From UHGV virus genome UHGV-1448156: a stretch of 36,860 nt of DNA, one strand, 5' to 3'. The notes beneath the pieces are model-generated. The model did not search any database and was not told where the DNA came from. It worked only from the letters and a program-made list of their open reading frames with translations. Shown here in pieces: positions 18,356-27,577 of this stretch. Every line of letters begins with the position of its first letter. The first letter of the stretch is position 1. Both the position numbers and the translations under genes were made by a program. Source of the stretch: a virus.

Positions 18356-19673
18356 TCTCTATGTCCTCGTCGGTAATGGATGCCCCGATGCCGGTTACGT
18401 CAGAATTTTCGCGCAAATCGGTCATAGCGGCTTTCAGTGTCATCAGACCATCACCCAGCGCCGTACTGATTGCGTTGGTAGTGTTTAACGCCACCGTTGA
18501 GCGATCGACATCAGACATTTGCCAGAGCGGGTTAAACTCAAACGTGAAATCGTCCGGCAGCGGCTTACCGAGTTCCGAGCGGTGCATAATGTCCAGTATC
18601 CGGCGCATCGGCATCCGTAAGCGGCGCTCCTGCAATGAGCTCACCCGGTCGTAATAGTTGGCAAGATCTGCATCACCGGTAGAAAATCCTTTCGGGGACT
18701 GTCCGAACAACCGCACCAGTGGAATACCAACAGCGCCACTAATCTGTTCTGCAAACTGCGATAGGATGTCATCCAGACCACTGAAGCTGTACTGATGCGT
18801 TTCAAACTTATCCCGCGAGTCCATGAGCGTCATGCCTTCATTGCTCTGGAACTGGCGGATCAGGTCGATGTTCTTCAGCAACGCTTCGAAAGCTGGGCCA
18901 CCAAGCGCGATAATCTCGCGCAGCTTCTCCACGCTGTAGGTGCGCAGATGCGCTTTGTAGACCAGCTGAGCCGCGCCGACAGTGGCGCTGTCGAACGCAG
19001 TAAGCCGATCCCAGATTCGCTCTACAACCGACATTCCCCATTCGTTCTCGGTCATCTTCTGCTGGAATGGCAGCGTGACGCCATCGAAGCGAATCAGGCG
19101 GCTGTGATGGATGCGCCAGGCCGGGATGCCCGTTGCAGTGGTCACCACGTCGTAAAACTCAGGTTTGCCGAGATCTGGCCCCATCTCTTTAATGCGGCGG
19201 GTCAGGGCCGGGTTAATCATCCAGCGGTCGAGCGGGAGAATGCCCTTAAACTTGCCTTCTCCAATGGTTTCGAGCCGCAGCGGGGTCATTGGTGCCTGCC
19301 CCTCGATCATGATGAAGCCGACCGCGCCGCCGTAGAGGCGAGACCATTTCAGCACGTCGTTCAGCGCATCCCAGATCTGCAACTCATCAAGTTGTGATTC
19401 GAGAATGCCGCGATCTTTTGCATCAATTTCCGAAGTGATGCGAATGCCTTTGCGGGTCATATCATCCGGGATAGCGTCGACCGCTTCGCCGATGATCCAG
19501 GACGAACGATAGGACCATTCCACCAGCATGCGGTTGCGGCTGGTGAAGTTAGCCCGGTAGGTCGATGCTGAGTGCTGGTTAGGCGTCTGCATCCCCACGC
19601 GGGCGACAAAGTTCTCATATCCATCAGCGGTGGCCTGTGCCGTTCGCCGCGTGGCTTGTTTGTTTCGTGCCAT
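18204..19673 (-). CDS. Portal protein
   Basis: 489 aa immediately downstream of the large terminase; start overlaps terminase stop. Confidence 0.7.
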   Translation of the reverse strand: MARNKQATRRTAQATADGYENFVARVGMQTPNQHSASTYRANFTSRNRMLVEWSYRSSWIIGEAVDAIPDDMTRKGIRITSEIDAKDRGILESQLDELQIWDALNDVLKWSRLYGGAVGFIMIEGQAPMTPLRLETIGEGKFKGILPLDRWMINPALTRRIKEMGPDLGKPEFYDVVTTATGIPAWRIHHSRLIRFDGVTLPFQQKMTENEWGMSVVERIWDRLTAFDSATVGAAQLVYKAHLRTYSVEKLREIIALGGPAFEALLKNIDLIRQFQSNEGMTLMDSRDKFETHQYSFSGLDDILSQFAEQISGAVGIPLVRLFGQSPKGFSTGDADLANYYDRVSSLQERRLRMPMRRILDIMHRSELGKPLPDDFTFEFNPLWQMSDVDRSTVALNTTNAISTALGDGLMTLKAAMTDLRENSDVTGIGASITDEDIENAEDEAPPGIGELGDKPPESPGGDPISNEPTADSAGGRGYRKWALRWFKR

Positions 19674-21295
19674 CAGGCCTGTCTCCCTAGCAGCTCCCAG
19701 ATATTCAGGGCTGAATTCATTGGCGCGTAGCTGATCATCACCGAGTCGGCAAGGTTTGGCGACCGGGTTCCATCAGGCTGTTTATCAATAACGATTTTCC
19801 CCACACCATTAATGGAATAGGTCGGCTGCGAAAGCTCGATGATGAGTTTATCTTTGAGTGCCATGCTACTGCTGATTGAGATGATTTCGTCCGGGTTGTA
19901 ATCCATACCTTCAACCACGGCGCGCCAGGTATTCTGAAAAAGTTTACGTAACCGCCACCAGCTCTGGGCTTTGGCGTTAGCGAAGAAGTCCTTGTTCAGG
20001 CGGGCGGCCTGTCCGTTGTCACCGCGCACCGCTTCGTCGTCCGGATCAAATACCGCGCCACTACCTCGAAACGGTGTGGCGAGTATTGACGGTCGGCGCG
20101 CAGCGTTACGCAGTTCGTTGATAGCGCGTGCATCGCCGCGAACGCCAGCGCCCAGCCCGTCCTCGTCAAAGCGAAACTCTTCGAGGTTGTCCTGTTCGCA
20201 AAAACCGAAGACCTTCTCGACGGACTGATAAATGTCGCTACCCACACCAGACCATTCCCGCACATTTTCCAGGAGGAAGCCATGACGGGTGGAAAAGGCA
20301 TTTTTGTCCCTGCCTTCATCAGCGACATCCATCGCGCCAAGTCGTTTGCCTGTTGGCTGGATACCCAGTTTGATATGCGCATCAACGGCAGCCTGTACCC
20401 ATTCGGATGGAATCAGGACGCCTTCCGCTGATGCGCTGTAGTTCAGATCAAGTTCCTGTGCCACCACCACCGGATTATCGATTTTCTCGCATTCCCTGCG
20501 ATACCACTCTTCATCCTTGCGAGGATCATCCCGCCAGTGGAATGTGAATACCGGTATCTTCCCGCCGTGACGCTTCTGCGCGAACGGGTTCGCCATGCCG
20601 TTAACCGAACTCAGGTCGATACGGCAACGCGTCGTTTGTGACAACGCCGCATCAATCAGCAGAGGACGCTGAAGGAATGCAGCCTCATCAACCAGATAAA
20701 GCGTGGTACGGTCACCACGACCAATATTATCGCCAGCCTCGCCTTTGATAACGGCACCAGTTTCAGGAAACTCAACACGCATATATGGCGCGTGCTTCTT
20801 CTCGCTCCACGAACCGCGAAACTCTACAGGTAGTGTTTCCACGAACTTGCGCGCCTTCCAGAACAATGCTTTCGGGTCACCGGTGCTGTCGACGTATTCC
20901 TCTTTACGGGAGCCGAAACCGATAACCATTTCTTTGTTGAAGAGACAAAGCGAGCAGGCCAGTCCGATCGCGGTCCAACTGAGCCCCATTTCACGGGATT
21001 TTTCGGTAATACCATTCTCCCGATTACCCCAGCGTTCCATAATCCAGTGGATCCACTCCTCCTGCTTAGGGAAGAGTAAAAACGGAATGGTCACCGGCAG
21101 GCCATAATCAATATTACGCGGGTCCGTTGTCATGCCCCAGTCGATGATGAACTGAGCCGGGTTGGTTCGGTAAAACTGTTTTAGTGCTGGCAATATTTCA
21201 GGGTTCTGGCGAATGCGCTGTAAGCGTTCCATCCGCCATTCAAAAACCATCTGGTAATCAGGATGTTTAAAATCGAAGGGGAATGGTAACGGCAT
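19673..21295 (-). CDS. Terminase large subunit
   Basis: 540 aa; N-terminal ATPase region with acidic LYLVDEAAF motif; follows the small subunit. Confidence 0.8.
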   Translation of the reverse strand: MPLPFPFDFKHPDYQMVFEWRMERLQRIRQNPEILPALKQFYRTNPAQFIIDWGMTTDPRNIDYGLPVTIPFLLFPKQEEWIHWIMERWGNRENGITEKSREMGLSWTAIGLACSLCLFNKEMVIGFGSRKEEYVDSTGDPKALFWKARKFVETLPVEFRGSWSEKKHAPYMRVEFPETGAVIKGEAGDNIGRGDRTTLYLVDEAAFLQRPLLIDAALSQTTRCRIDLSSVNGMANPFAQKRHGGKIPVFTFHWRDDPRKDEEWYRRECEKIDNPVVVAQELDLNYSASAEGVLIPSEWVQAAVDAHIKLGIQPTGKRLGAMDVADEGRDKNAFSTRHGFLLENVREWSGVGSDIYQSVEKVFGFCEQDNLEEFRFDEDGLGAGVRGDARAINELRNAARRPSILATPFRGSGAVFDPDDEAVRGDNGQAARLNKDFFANAKAQSWWRLRKLFQNTWRAVVEGMDYNPDEIISISSSMALKDKLIIELSQPTYSINGVGKIVIDKQPDGTRSPNLADSVMISYAPMNSALNIWELLGRQA

Positions 21296-21297
21296 AC

Positions 21298-21849
21298 TTA
21301 GCCCATCATTTTTCTATACGCCTCTGCAGCCTGCTCCGGCGTTAAGTTGGTAATTTCTGTTCTGACTGGTCCTCCGTCAGCACCAGTCACTTCATTTTTG
21401 ACGTTGTCTTTAAACGCCTGAACAGAAACATGACGCCCGAGCAACTCAAGGTTTTTAACCTTATCAGGCCATTTGATTTTCTTCAGGAGAGCAGCACTAT
21501 CTGCGGATACCATCTCCACGACATCCATTCCTGATAGCGTTGTGCGCCATACCTTAGGCCAGTCTTTAATGGGCTTTAGCTCACCGTTTTGCAGGAGAAT
21601 GTCGAGCACATCCATCTGGTCGATTTCAATAAGGCGATTAAGCACATATTCTGCATTAATACCAACAAGATCATTGCGTTGCGCTTTCAGTTCGGCGATT
21701 CTGAATTGGATGTCAGGTTTTGACATGTTTTCGGATGCGGTACGGTTAGCTGTCTTTGCGCTGTACCCCGCCCGAATAGCCGCTTGTGTGGCGTTTAAAT
21801 CGATGAGGTACTCGCGACAGAACATCTCTTGTTTGTCGGTGAGTGCCAT
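21298..21849 (-). CDS. Terminase small subunit
   Basis: 183 aa; N-terminus [30 protein letters not shown] is typical of small terminase DNA-binding domains. Confidence 0.65.
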   Translation of the reverse strand: MALTDKQEMFCREYLIDLNATQAAIRAGYSAKTANRTASENMSKPDIQFRIAELKAQRNDLVGINAEYVLNRLIEIDQMDVLDILLQNGELKPIKDWPKVWRTTLSGMDVVEMVSADSAALLKKIKWPDKVKNLELLGRHVSVQAFKDNVKNEVTGADGGPVRTEITNLTPEQAAEAYRKMMG

Positions 21850-21873
21850 AGTTTTCTCTAGAGGATTTCTTTA

Positions 21874-22110
21874 ATGAACTCAAAGCAAATTTTTTACCGA
21901 AATACAGGTCATGATAATGAAACTTATATATTCCTGGACAAATTGGACAATGGCTCCTACCAAGTCAGGGCTGGTCATTCGTCACCTGTGAGCCATTTTG
22001 AATGGGAGGGTGATGAAACCATTCAGACAGTGGAAGAGTTTCTAGGTTCTAACCCATCATATACTGAACGTGTTCATCAACTAATTTCTGAGTTTGAAGC
22101 AGAATCGTAA
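21874..22110 (+). CDS. Hypothetical 78-aa acidic protein
   Basis: ATG 21874 with AGAGGA upstream; only 24 bp from the divergent small terminase start; antisense to the late transcript. Confidence 0.35.
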   Translation: MNSKQIFYRNTGHDNETYIFLDKLDNGSYQVRAGHSSPVSHFEWEGDETIQTVEEFLGSNPSYTERVHQLISEFEAES

Positions 22111-22246
22111 TCACCACCCAAGCGACTCAGCTGATATCTAGTTCATCATTACTAGGACTAAAAGTAGATTCCTGACATTGAGAATCTCTTTATCCGCTTG
22201 TGGGGATATCAGTTAAGTTATCCCGTGTAGGGTATAAGCCATTGTC

Positions 22247-22269
22247 GAGACCACTCATTGAATGGTCTC
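22247..22269. repeat. Hairpin A: GAGACCA-CTCATTGAA-TGGTCTC
   Basis: 7-bp stem with 9-nt loop; direct reading. Confidence 0.5.
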
Positions 22270-22441
22270 TGCAATAACCGATGTCTTTCCATCAGTCCGC
22301 CACCACAAAGAATCTTTTTTGCCATAAGGCAGGAGGTTCATCTTTCAGTGGCTGCCAGTGTTATTTCCCCACTTACTGGCTTGGGTTGTTTCGCTGTACT
22401 GCCGTAACTGGTTACCCAGAATAAATTCCGGTTTCATTATC

Positions 22442-22464
22442 GAAGCCCCTCAATGAAGGGCTTC
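22442..22464. repeat. Hairpin B: GAAGCCC-CTCAATGAA-GGGCTTC
   Basis: Same architecture as hairpin A; loop differs at one base, stems differ but remain complementary. Confidence 0.5.
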
Positions 22465-22572
22465 TGTAATGCCTTACTTCATGAAATAATTTCATCCGGG
22501 TTTACGCAGAAAACCTTTCACTTTATGTGCATTATGAAAATGCCAATTGCGGCATATCTCTGGGAAACTTAA

Positions 22573-23133
22573 ATGATCCATACCGTACACTTCATGACAG
22601 ATGTGACAGTTGCTTCTGTATCCAGCCTTATGGATGTTTGCCTCAAAGCGATATCAAGCCCTAACCAACCAGCCTCTGAGATCAGGATTTACATCTCTAG
22701 TAAAGGTGGAGATACCGTTGCAGGTTTTACCGCATACAACTTTCTTAAGTCTCTTCCTGTAAAGGTGAAGACACATAACCTTAGTAACGTGGAATCTATA
22801 GCAAATGTTATTTTCATGGCTGGATCTGAGCGGTTTGCTAATCCTCTCTCGCGATTTTTATTACATCCTTTACATTGGGGATTTGCCGCCCCACAAGCAG
22901 ATCACCTCAGGCTTAGGGAATGGGCGGCATGTCTGGATGACGACTTGCAAAGATTTGTGCAGGTGATGAATATCGAGGCTCTCGCTGTAGCCCCAGATGA
23001 GCAAATTGACTGGGCTAATTTGATCACTTCTGCAACCATCATTGATCCGGGAAGGGCCACCGAGTTGGGTATGATCCAGAATGTCGAGGCTGCAACCATA
23101 CCCACAGATTCGATCAGGTGGTGGGTTCTGTAA
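22573..23133 (+). CDS. ClpP-fold (S14/crotonase-like) peptidase homologue, 186 aa
   Basis: IRIYISSKGGDTVAGFTAY...VESIANVIFMAGSERFANPLSRFLLHPL aligns with ClpP YINSPGGVITAGMSIY...[30 protein letters not shown] from memory; candidate Ser and His retained. Opposite strand to all flanking late genes. Confidence 0.6.
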   Translation: MIHTVHFMTDVTVASVSSLMDVCLKAISSPNQPASEIRIYISSKGGDTVAGFTAYNFLKSLPVKVKTHNLSNVESIANVIFMAGSERFANPLSRFLLHPLHWGFAAPQADHLRLREWAACLDDDLQRFVQVMNIEALAVAPDEQIDWANLITSATIIDPGRATELGMIQNVEAATIPTDSIRWWVL

Positions 23134-23160
23134 CATTTTGAATCCTCCATAAGTGCGGGC

Positions 23161-23418
23161 TTATTGGCCCGCTTGTTTCTTTACAGCTTGCCTAATATCT
23201 GCCTTATCCCGGTTGCACTGCCCAAGCGCTGATAGGAGACTGACGTTTAAATCTAGGCTCTGGCCCCACGTCAGGTTGTCAGGGATTTCCGGTTGCGGGG
23301 TGTCAGCCGTCAGGCTGGCCGGTAACGGGACTACCGGCACTTTGACGTAGACCGTTCGCGAATTGTTGCAGCCGCTTAACTGCGCCAGCAGGGACATGGC
23401 GATTAGTGCAATCATCAT
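23161..23418 (-). CDS. Rz1-like o-spanin lipoprotein
   Basis: Out-of-frame ORF overlapping the Rz 3' half; lipobox LSGC followed by Pro-rich sequence; start at 23418 or 23415. Confidence 0.5.
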   Translation of the reverse strand: MMIALIAMSLLAQLSGCNNSRTVYVKVPVVPLPASLTADTPQPEIPDNLTWGQSLDLNVSLLSALGQCNRDKADIRQAVKKQAGQ

Positions 23419-23695
23419 TCGCAACAGCAACCCGGATATCAGCCGAGGCTCCCGATGCGTCCAGTGCGATCTGCTCTTTTGCATGCTGGTTAGCCTCTAT
23501 AACTGTATTGATGATTTGCAGTGATTGCAGAACGTTACGGGTAATGGCAGTTGCTGATTCAGCATTTCGTACAGCCTCATCAGCACGCTCCTTTTCGTGC
23601 TGATATTTGCTGTAGTAATGCCCAGCAGACCAGATGAAGGAACCAATGACGGTAACAACGAAGGCAACAATAACCAGCTTATATCTCAGCTTCAT
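23303..23695 (-). CDS. Rz-like i-spanin
   Basis: 130 aa, N-terminal transmembrane helix then helical periplasmic domain; starts inside the 3' end of R. Confidence 0.55.
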   Translation of the reverse strand: MKLRYKLVIVAFVVTVIGSFIWSAGHYYSKYQHEKERADEAVRNAESATAITRNVLQSLQIINTVIEANQHAKEQIALDASGASADIRVAVANDDCTNRHVPAGAVKRLQQFANGLRQSAGSPVTGQPDG

Positions 23696-24155
23696 TTACT
23701 ACCCCACCAGCTTTTTTAAATCGGGCAATCAGGTCACCGATTTTATGTTCATACTGACCGTAACCTGCACCAGGTAACGACGCCCAGATATTGCTGCAAC
23801 GGTCGATTGCCTGACGAATACTGCCGCGGTCAATCATCGGTAAAGCACCACGCTCTTTAATCTGCTGCAGAGCTACAGCGTCCTGGCTTTCTGGAGAAAA
23901 ATCTTTCAGGCCAAGCTGTTTACGGTAAGCATCCCACCAGCGTGAAAGAAGCTGGTAACGTCCGGCGGCTGTTGATTTGAGTTTTGGGTTTAGCGTGACA
24001 AGTTTGCGAGGGTGATCGGAGTAATCAGTGAACAGTTCGCCACCAACAATAACATCATAACCGTGGTTACGTGTCGGTTGTCGCCCGTTATCCGTTCCTT
24101 CTGACCATGCCAGCATATCGAGGAACGCCTTACGTTGATTATTGATTTCCACCAT
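23679..24155 (-). CDS. R: Endolysin (lambda R-type lytic transglycosylase)
   Basis: 158 aa, [24 protein letters not shown]..., near-identical to lambda R as I recall it. Confidence 0.9.
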   Translation of the reverse strand: MVEINNQRKAFLDMLAWSEGTDNGRQPTRNHGYDVIVGGELFTDYSDHPRKLVTLNPKLKSTAAGRYQLLSRWWDAYRKQLGLKDFSPESQDAVALQQIKERGALPMIDRGSIRQAIDRCSNIWASLPGAGYGQYEHKIGDLIARFKKAGGVVNEAEI

Positions 24156-24462
24156 CTTCTACTCCGGCTTTTTTAGCAGCGAAGCGTTTGATAAGCGAAC
24201 CAATCGAGTCAGTACCGATGTAGCCGATGAACACGCTCGTTATATAAGCGAGATTGCTACTTAGTCCGGCGAAGTCGAGAAGGTCACGAATGAACCAGGC
24301 GATAATGGCGCACATCGTTGCGTCGATTACTGTTTTTGTAAACGCACCGCCATTATATCTGCCGCGAAGGTACGCCATTGCAAACGCAAGGATTGCCCCG
24401 ATGCCTTGTTCCTTTGCCGCGAGAATGGCGGCTAAAAGGTCATGTTTTTCTGGCATCTTCAT
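24139..24462 (-). CDS. S: Holin (lambda S-type, dual start Met1/Met3)
   Basis: 107 aa [22 protein letters not shown]..., matches lambda S; upstream leader matches lambda as recalled. Confidence 0.9.
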   Translation of the reverse strand: MKMPEKHDLLAAILAAKEQGIGAILAFAMAYLRGRYNGGAFTKTVIDATMCAIIAWFIRDLLDFAGLSSNLAYITSVFIGYIGTDSIGSLIKRFAAKKAGVEDGGNQ

Positions 24463-24579
24463 GTCTTACCCCCAATAAGGGGATTTGCTCTATTTAATTA
24501 GGAATAAGGTCGATTACTGATAGAACAAATCCAGGCTACTGTGTTTAGTAATCAGATTTGTTCGTGACCGATATGCACG

Positions 24580-24616
24580 GGCAAAACGGCAGGAGGTTGT
24601 TAGCGCAACCTCTTGC
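24580..24616 (-). terminator. tR'-like rho-independent terminator
   Basis: GGCAAGAGGUU-GCGCUAAC-AACCUCCUGCC followed by GUUUUG on the minus strand; one A-C mismatch in the stem. Confidence 0.6.
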
Positions 24617-24754
24617 CACCCGCTTTCACGAAGCCAGCCATTGCGCTGGTTTTCTTTTATGCAAAGCACACCGCACCGTAGCCACAGCGGATAAGGTGAT
24701 TATTTTTGTCTGTCTGGTATTTGGTTTGATGTGCTTTCAGAAAGGTCGTGATTA

Positions 24755-24790
24755 AAACGCAAAAAGCCCCGAGCTATTAACTCAGGGCTT
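24755..24790 (-). terminator. Promoter-proximal terminator about 60 nt downstream of pR'
   Basis: AGCCCUGAG-UUAAU-AGCUCGGGGCU followed by UUUUGCGUUUU on the minus strand. Confidence 0.55.
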
Positions 24791-24824
24791 TATTTAACGA
24801 GTGCATTTATCCATCGTTGGGTCA

Positions 24825-24853
24825 AATTTACCCAACTTCATTCAAAAAGTCAA
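24825..24853 (-). promoter_or_regulatory. Late promoter pR' (Q-dependent, qut region)
   Basis: Minus strand -35 TTGACT (24848-24853), 17-bp spacer, -10 TAAATT (24825-24830), directly downstream of Q. Confidence 0.65.
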
Positions 24854-24895
24854 TATCATGCCGTAAAGATGTTGCCATCCGTGGCAATCATGCTG

Positions 24896-25519
24896 TTAAC
24901 GTGTGACCTCATTCAAAATGTTGTCTGCGATTGACTCTTCCTTGTGGCATTGCACGACCAGAGCGTCATACAGCGGCTTAACAGTGCGTGACCAGGTGGG
25001 TTGGGTAAGGTTTGGGATTAGCATCGTTACAGCGCGATATGCGGCGCTTGCTGGCATTCTTGAATAGCCGACACCTTTGCATCTTCCGCACTCTTTCTCA
25101 ACAACTCTCCCCCACTGCTCTGTTTTTGCTATATCAACCGCACGACCTGTACCGTGGCAATCTCTGCATCTTGCCCCCGGCGTCGCGGCACTACGGCAAT
25201 AATCCGCATAAGCGAATGTTGCGAGCACTTGCAGTACCTTTGCCTTAGTATTTCCTTCGAGCTTTGCCACACCACGGTATTTCCCCGATACCTTGTGTGC
25301 AAATTGCATCAGATAGTTGATAGCCTTTTGTTTGTCGTTCTGGCTGAGTTCGTGCTTACCGCAGAATGCAGCCATTCCGAATCCTGCTTGTGATTGCGCC
25401 ATCCCCATAGCAGCCATCACATCGGTACCGGAAAGAGAGTCAGAAGCCGTAGCCCGTGGTGAGTCACTCATCATCGGGCTTTTTGGCGAATGAAATTTAG
25501 CTACGCTTTCGAGTCTCAT
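24896..25519 (-). CDS. Q: Late antiterminator Q (lambda type)
   Basis: 207 aa MRLESVAKFHSPKSPMMSDSPRATASDSL..., matches lambda Q as recalled; ATGA-coupled to NinH. Confidence 0.9.
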   Translation of the reverse strand: MRLESVAKFHSPKSPMMSDSPRATASDSLSGTDVMAAMGMAQSQAGFGMAAFCGKHELSQNDKQKAINYLMQFAHKVSGKYRGVAKLEGNTKAKVLQVLATFAYADYCRSAATPGARCRDCHGTGRAVDIAKTEQWGRVVEKECGRCKGVGYSRMPASAAYRAVTMLIPNLTQPTWSRTVKPLYDALVVQCHKEESIADNILNEVTR

Positions 25520-25704
25520 CGTCTTCCTCTCCTGCCCTGTTTGACCATCAGGACGCCGTTAACTATTACGTGACGCTCACCTTTGCTGTCTCGGTTGTAC
25601 TTGAGCACTGTTCCTCTTGCACAGGAAAGCATCCTCGCCACTTCGGTCTGATTGCCTCGTGTCTGGATAAGAAGCTCTGGTATCGTTTGAATTGTGGCGT
25701 TCAT
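25516..25704 (-). CDS. ninH: NinH-like small DNA-binding protein
   Basis: 62 aa with GNQTEVARMLSCARGTVLKY helix-turn-helix segment; ATGA-coupled. Confidence 0.55.
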   Translation of the reverse strand: MNATIQTIPELLIQTRGNQTEVARMLSCARGTVLKYNRDSKGERHVIVNGVLMVKQGRRGRR

Positions 25705-26063
25705 ACGTTCTCCAGTTCGGTGATTTTTATTCCAAGCCGTCCGCCTGGTACTTTCACACCACGAATTACGCGAATGTCATCGAATTGCTCGTCGTCTTCC
25801 GCAAATCCGGCGTGGATAAGGGAGTCGAGTAAACCTTTCAGGATGTTATCGAGGTCGCGGCGGCGGGAGTCTGGAACGTCTGCGATTACTTTGATGCGGA
25901 GTCGTGATTTGGTGAAAATATCTAACTTGAGTTGGTTGATGATTTTCTGAACGTCTTTTCGGTATTTCTGGCCTTTATCGCTGATGTAGTATTGGCTTCC
26001 CCGTCTTCGCCAGTAGGTGTTCACCGACGGCGGGTAAGGAAGCACAAACTGATATTCGTTCAT
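25701..26063 (-). CDS. rusA: Holliday junction resolvase RusA
   Basis: 120 aa; motifs PDSRRRDLDNILKGLLDSL and GGRLGIKITELE match RusA. Confidence 0.75.
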   Translation of the reverse strand: MNEYQFVLPYPPSVNTYWRRRGSQYYISDKGQKYRKDVQKIINQLKLDIFTKSRLRIKVIADVPDSRRRDLDNILKGLLDSLIHAGFAEDDEQFDDIRVIRGVKVPGGRLGIKITELENV

Positions 26064-26350
26064 GGCTTAATCTTCCCCTCCTTCAGCAGGATCGCCTGCG
26101 TCCTGATCACGCCTTCGAGGTGATAAAGTCTGGCGTCTTTGTTGTCGAGGTTATGGGTGCGTCGGTCGATCTCCGCGTGGCAGTCACTACAAGCCCATGC
26201 GCCGATCAGGTCGTCAGGCTTCATTCCCGTTCCGCAAATTCCAGCCATCCGGTAATGTGCCAGAACTGTAGTTTCAGGGTTGCCATTGCATACGCCGTAA
26301 ATACGTACCTGGCATTCTCTGCCGCGCGCTTCTTTGCGTAGGTTAGCCAT
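26060..26350 (-). CDS. DUF1364 / YbcO-like protein
   Basis: 96 aa, MANLRKEARGRECQVRIYGVCNGNPETTVLAHYR with Cys/His cluster, resembles DLP12 YbcO as recalled. Confidence 0.55.
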   Translation of the reverse strand: MANLRKEARGRECQVRIYGVCNGNPETTVLAHYRMAGICGTGMKPDDLIGAWACSDCHAEIDRRTHNLDNKDARLYHLEGVIRTQAILLKEGKIKP

Positions 26351-27072
26351 TAAGCAGCCTCCCCGGTTACTTTCAGCATTCCGTTATCGAGCAGCTTTCT
26401 GGTCAGCCACTGTTGACCACGCCCGGTGATTTTTGTGGTGAACGATATCTGTATTCCGTGATTTGTGTTGACCGCTGTTTCTTTCACTGTGAAATAGCCG
26501 CGATCCATATATTCCTGCATTGGCACATTGCGCCGGGAACCTGAAGCAATAAGGATTTTGTGATCGCGCATCCACGCAAACAGTTTGTTTGGACCAATTC
26601 CAACAACCTTTGCAAAGTTTCCAATCAAAATTCCGCTGGCCTCGCCAACGCGATCGGCAAACTCAACTTTAGGTGCGGCAATTGCGAGCTGGTTTTCCAG
26701 TTGCATTTTCTGCTCAGCAAGATCAGCAGCAAGGCGCAACGCTTCTGGTAGCGTTTTGGGGATATTAACCGCAGCTTCTTCAAGCTCTCGCCAACGGTCA
26801 ACAAGACGAGCGGTGAATTCCGGCGACAACTGAGCGACGACAATAATGCTGTCGCGCTTACCTTGTTCGCCTTCGAAGACGTAAGCCTCGACACTACGTC
26901 GCAGTCCTAAGTTATTGATTTTTTCGAAAACCTGCAATGCAGGAAGTTGAATAACTCCAGATTTAGCCAGGCGCTCTATTGATATTTTTACGTTATCTGG
27001 ACGACTTCCCACCAACTCAGCGATTTCAATGCTTGTCATTTTGATGGCATTGCCATTTATTAACTCATTCAT
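26350..27072 (-). CDS. Rha / KilAC-domain antirepressor-like regulator
   Basis: 240 aa; N-terminal TSIEIAELVGSRPDNV (Rha-like) and C-terminal IGNFAKVVGIGPNKLFAWMRDHKIL (KilAC-like). Confidence 0.6.
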   Translation of the reverse strand: MNELINGNAIKMTSIEIAELVGSRPDNVKISIERLAKSGVIQLPALQVFEKINNLGLRRSVEAYVFEGEQGKRDSIIVVAQLSPEFTARLVDRWRELEEAAVNIPKTLPEALRLAADLAEQKMQLENQLAIAAPKVEFADRVGEASGILIGNFAKVVGIGPNKLFAWMRDHKILIASGSRRNVPMQEYMDRGYFTVKETAVNTNHGIQISFTTKITGRGQQWLTRKLLDNGMLKVTGEAA

Positions 27073-27241
27073 CGTCTTCTTCCTCGTACATTGAGCTATT
27101 CGGATCGCTCATCAGTTCTGCGCAGCAATCGGAGAACACGTGAACTTCCAGCACATGCAGCTTCTGACCGCAGTTAGCGCACGTTAAAGCTCGCTCGACG
27201 CTTTCTTTCTGGTATTGAATGGATTGAGATGGGCTAAGCAT
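27065..27241 (-). CDS. ninF: NinF-like small Cys-rich protein (58 aa)
   Basis: Not in ORF track (under 60 aa). [40 protein letters not shown]...; ATG 27241 with SD AGGAGG. Confidence 0.6.
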   Translation of the reverse strand: MLSPSQSIQYQKESVERALTCANCGQKLHVLEVHVFSDCCAELMSDPNSSMYEEEDDE

Positions 27242-27575
27242 TATTGGCCTCCTGCATCAGGAGAAAGACAATCATGGCGGCGCGGAGAGGTCTGGTATCA
27301 AATATTGGGCTTACGCCTTTTGCATCCACACACCATTCAGTTAACTGGTCTAAGATAGAAATCCTGTATTTCTCAATAATCGGCCATGAAGCGCTCGGAT
27401 CATTGCAGTAGTCAGGCAAATGATTTAATGGCTCAAAAGTTGTATCAGCATTTCCGTAATACCATTTGTTGGTGTTATTCCCTGATGTTTCCGGTTTACT
27501 TGCCCAAAGGCCTTTAAAAATTATGTCTCCTACCATTCTGTTAATTTCAAAATCACTTAACTGTGAATAATCCAT
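27234..27575 (-). CDS. Hypothetical nin-region protein (113 aa)
   Basis: ATG 27575 with SD GAGGA 7 nt upstream (track start 27617 is GTG). Confidence 0.45.
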   Translation of the reverse strand: MDYSQLSDFEINRMVGDIIFKGLWASKPETSGNNTNKWYYGNADTTFEPLNHLPDYCNDPSASWPIIEKYRISILDQLTEWCVDAKGVSPIFDTRPLRAAMIVFLLMQEANNA

Positions 27576-27577
27576 TG

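Noticed and set aside
18795-21107. Track plus-strand ORFs within the portal and large terminase genes
   Set aside because: Antisense to tightly packed late genes; no SD or partners.
22573-23133. ClpP-like gene as the prohead maturation protease
   Set aside because: It is on the opposite strand and outside the head module, which already has a protease-scaffold gene at 16347-17567.
22870-23150. Two track minus-strand ORFs (88 and 82 aa) antisense to the ClpP-like gene
   Set aside because: The plus-strand 186-aa frame is longer and has a recognisable fold; the minus ORFs are Cys/His-rich reverse-frame products.
24558-24755. Track ORF (+, 65 aa) in the pR'-tR' region
   Set aside because: Lies antisense within the late leader between two terminators; no SD.
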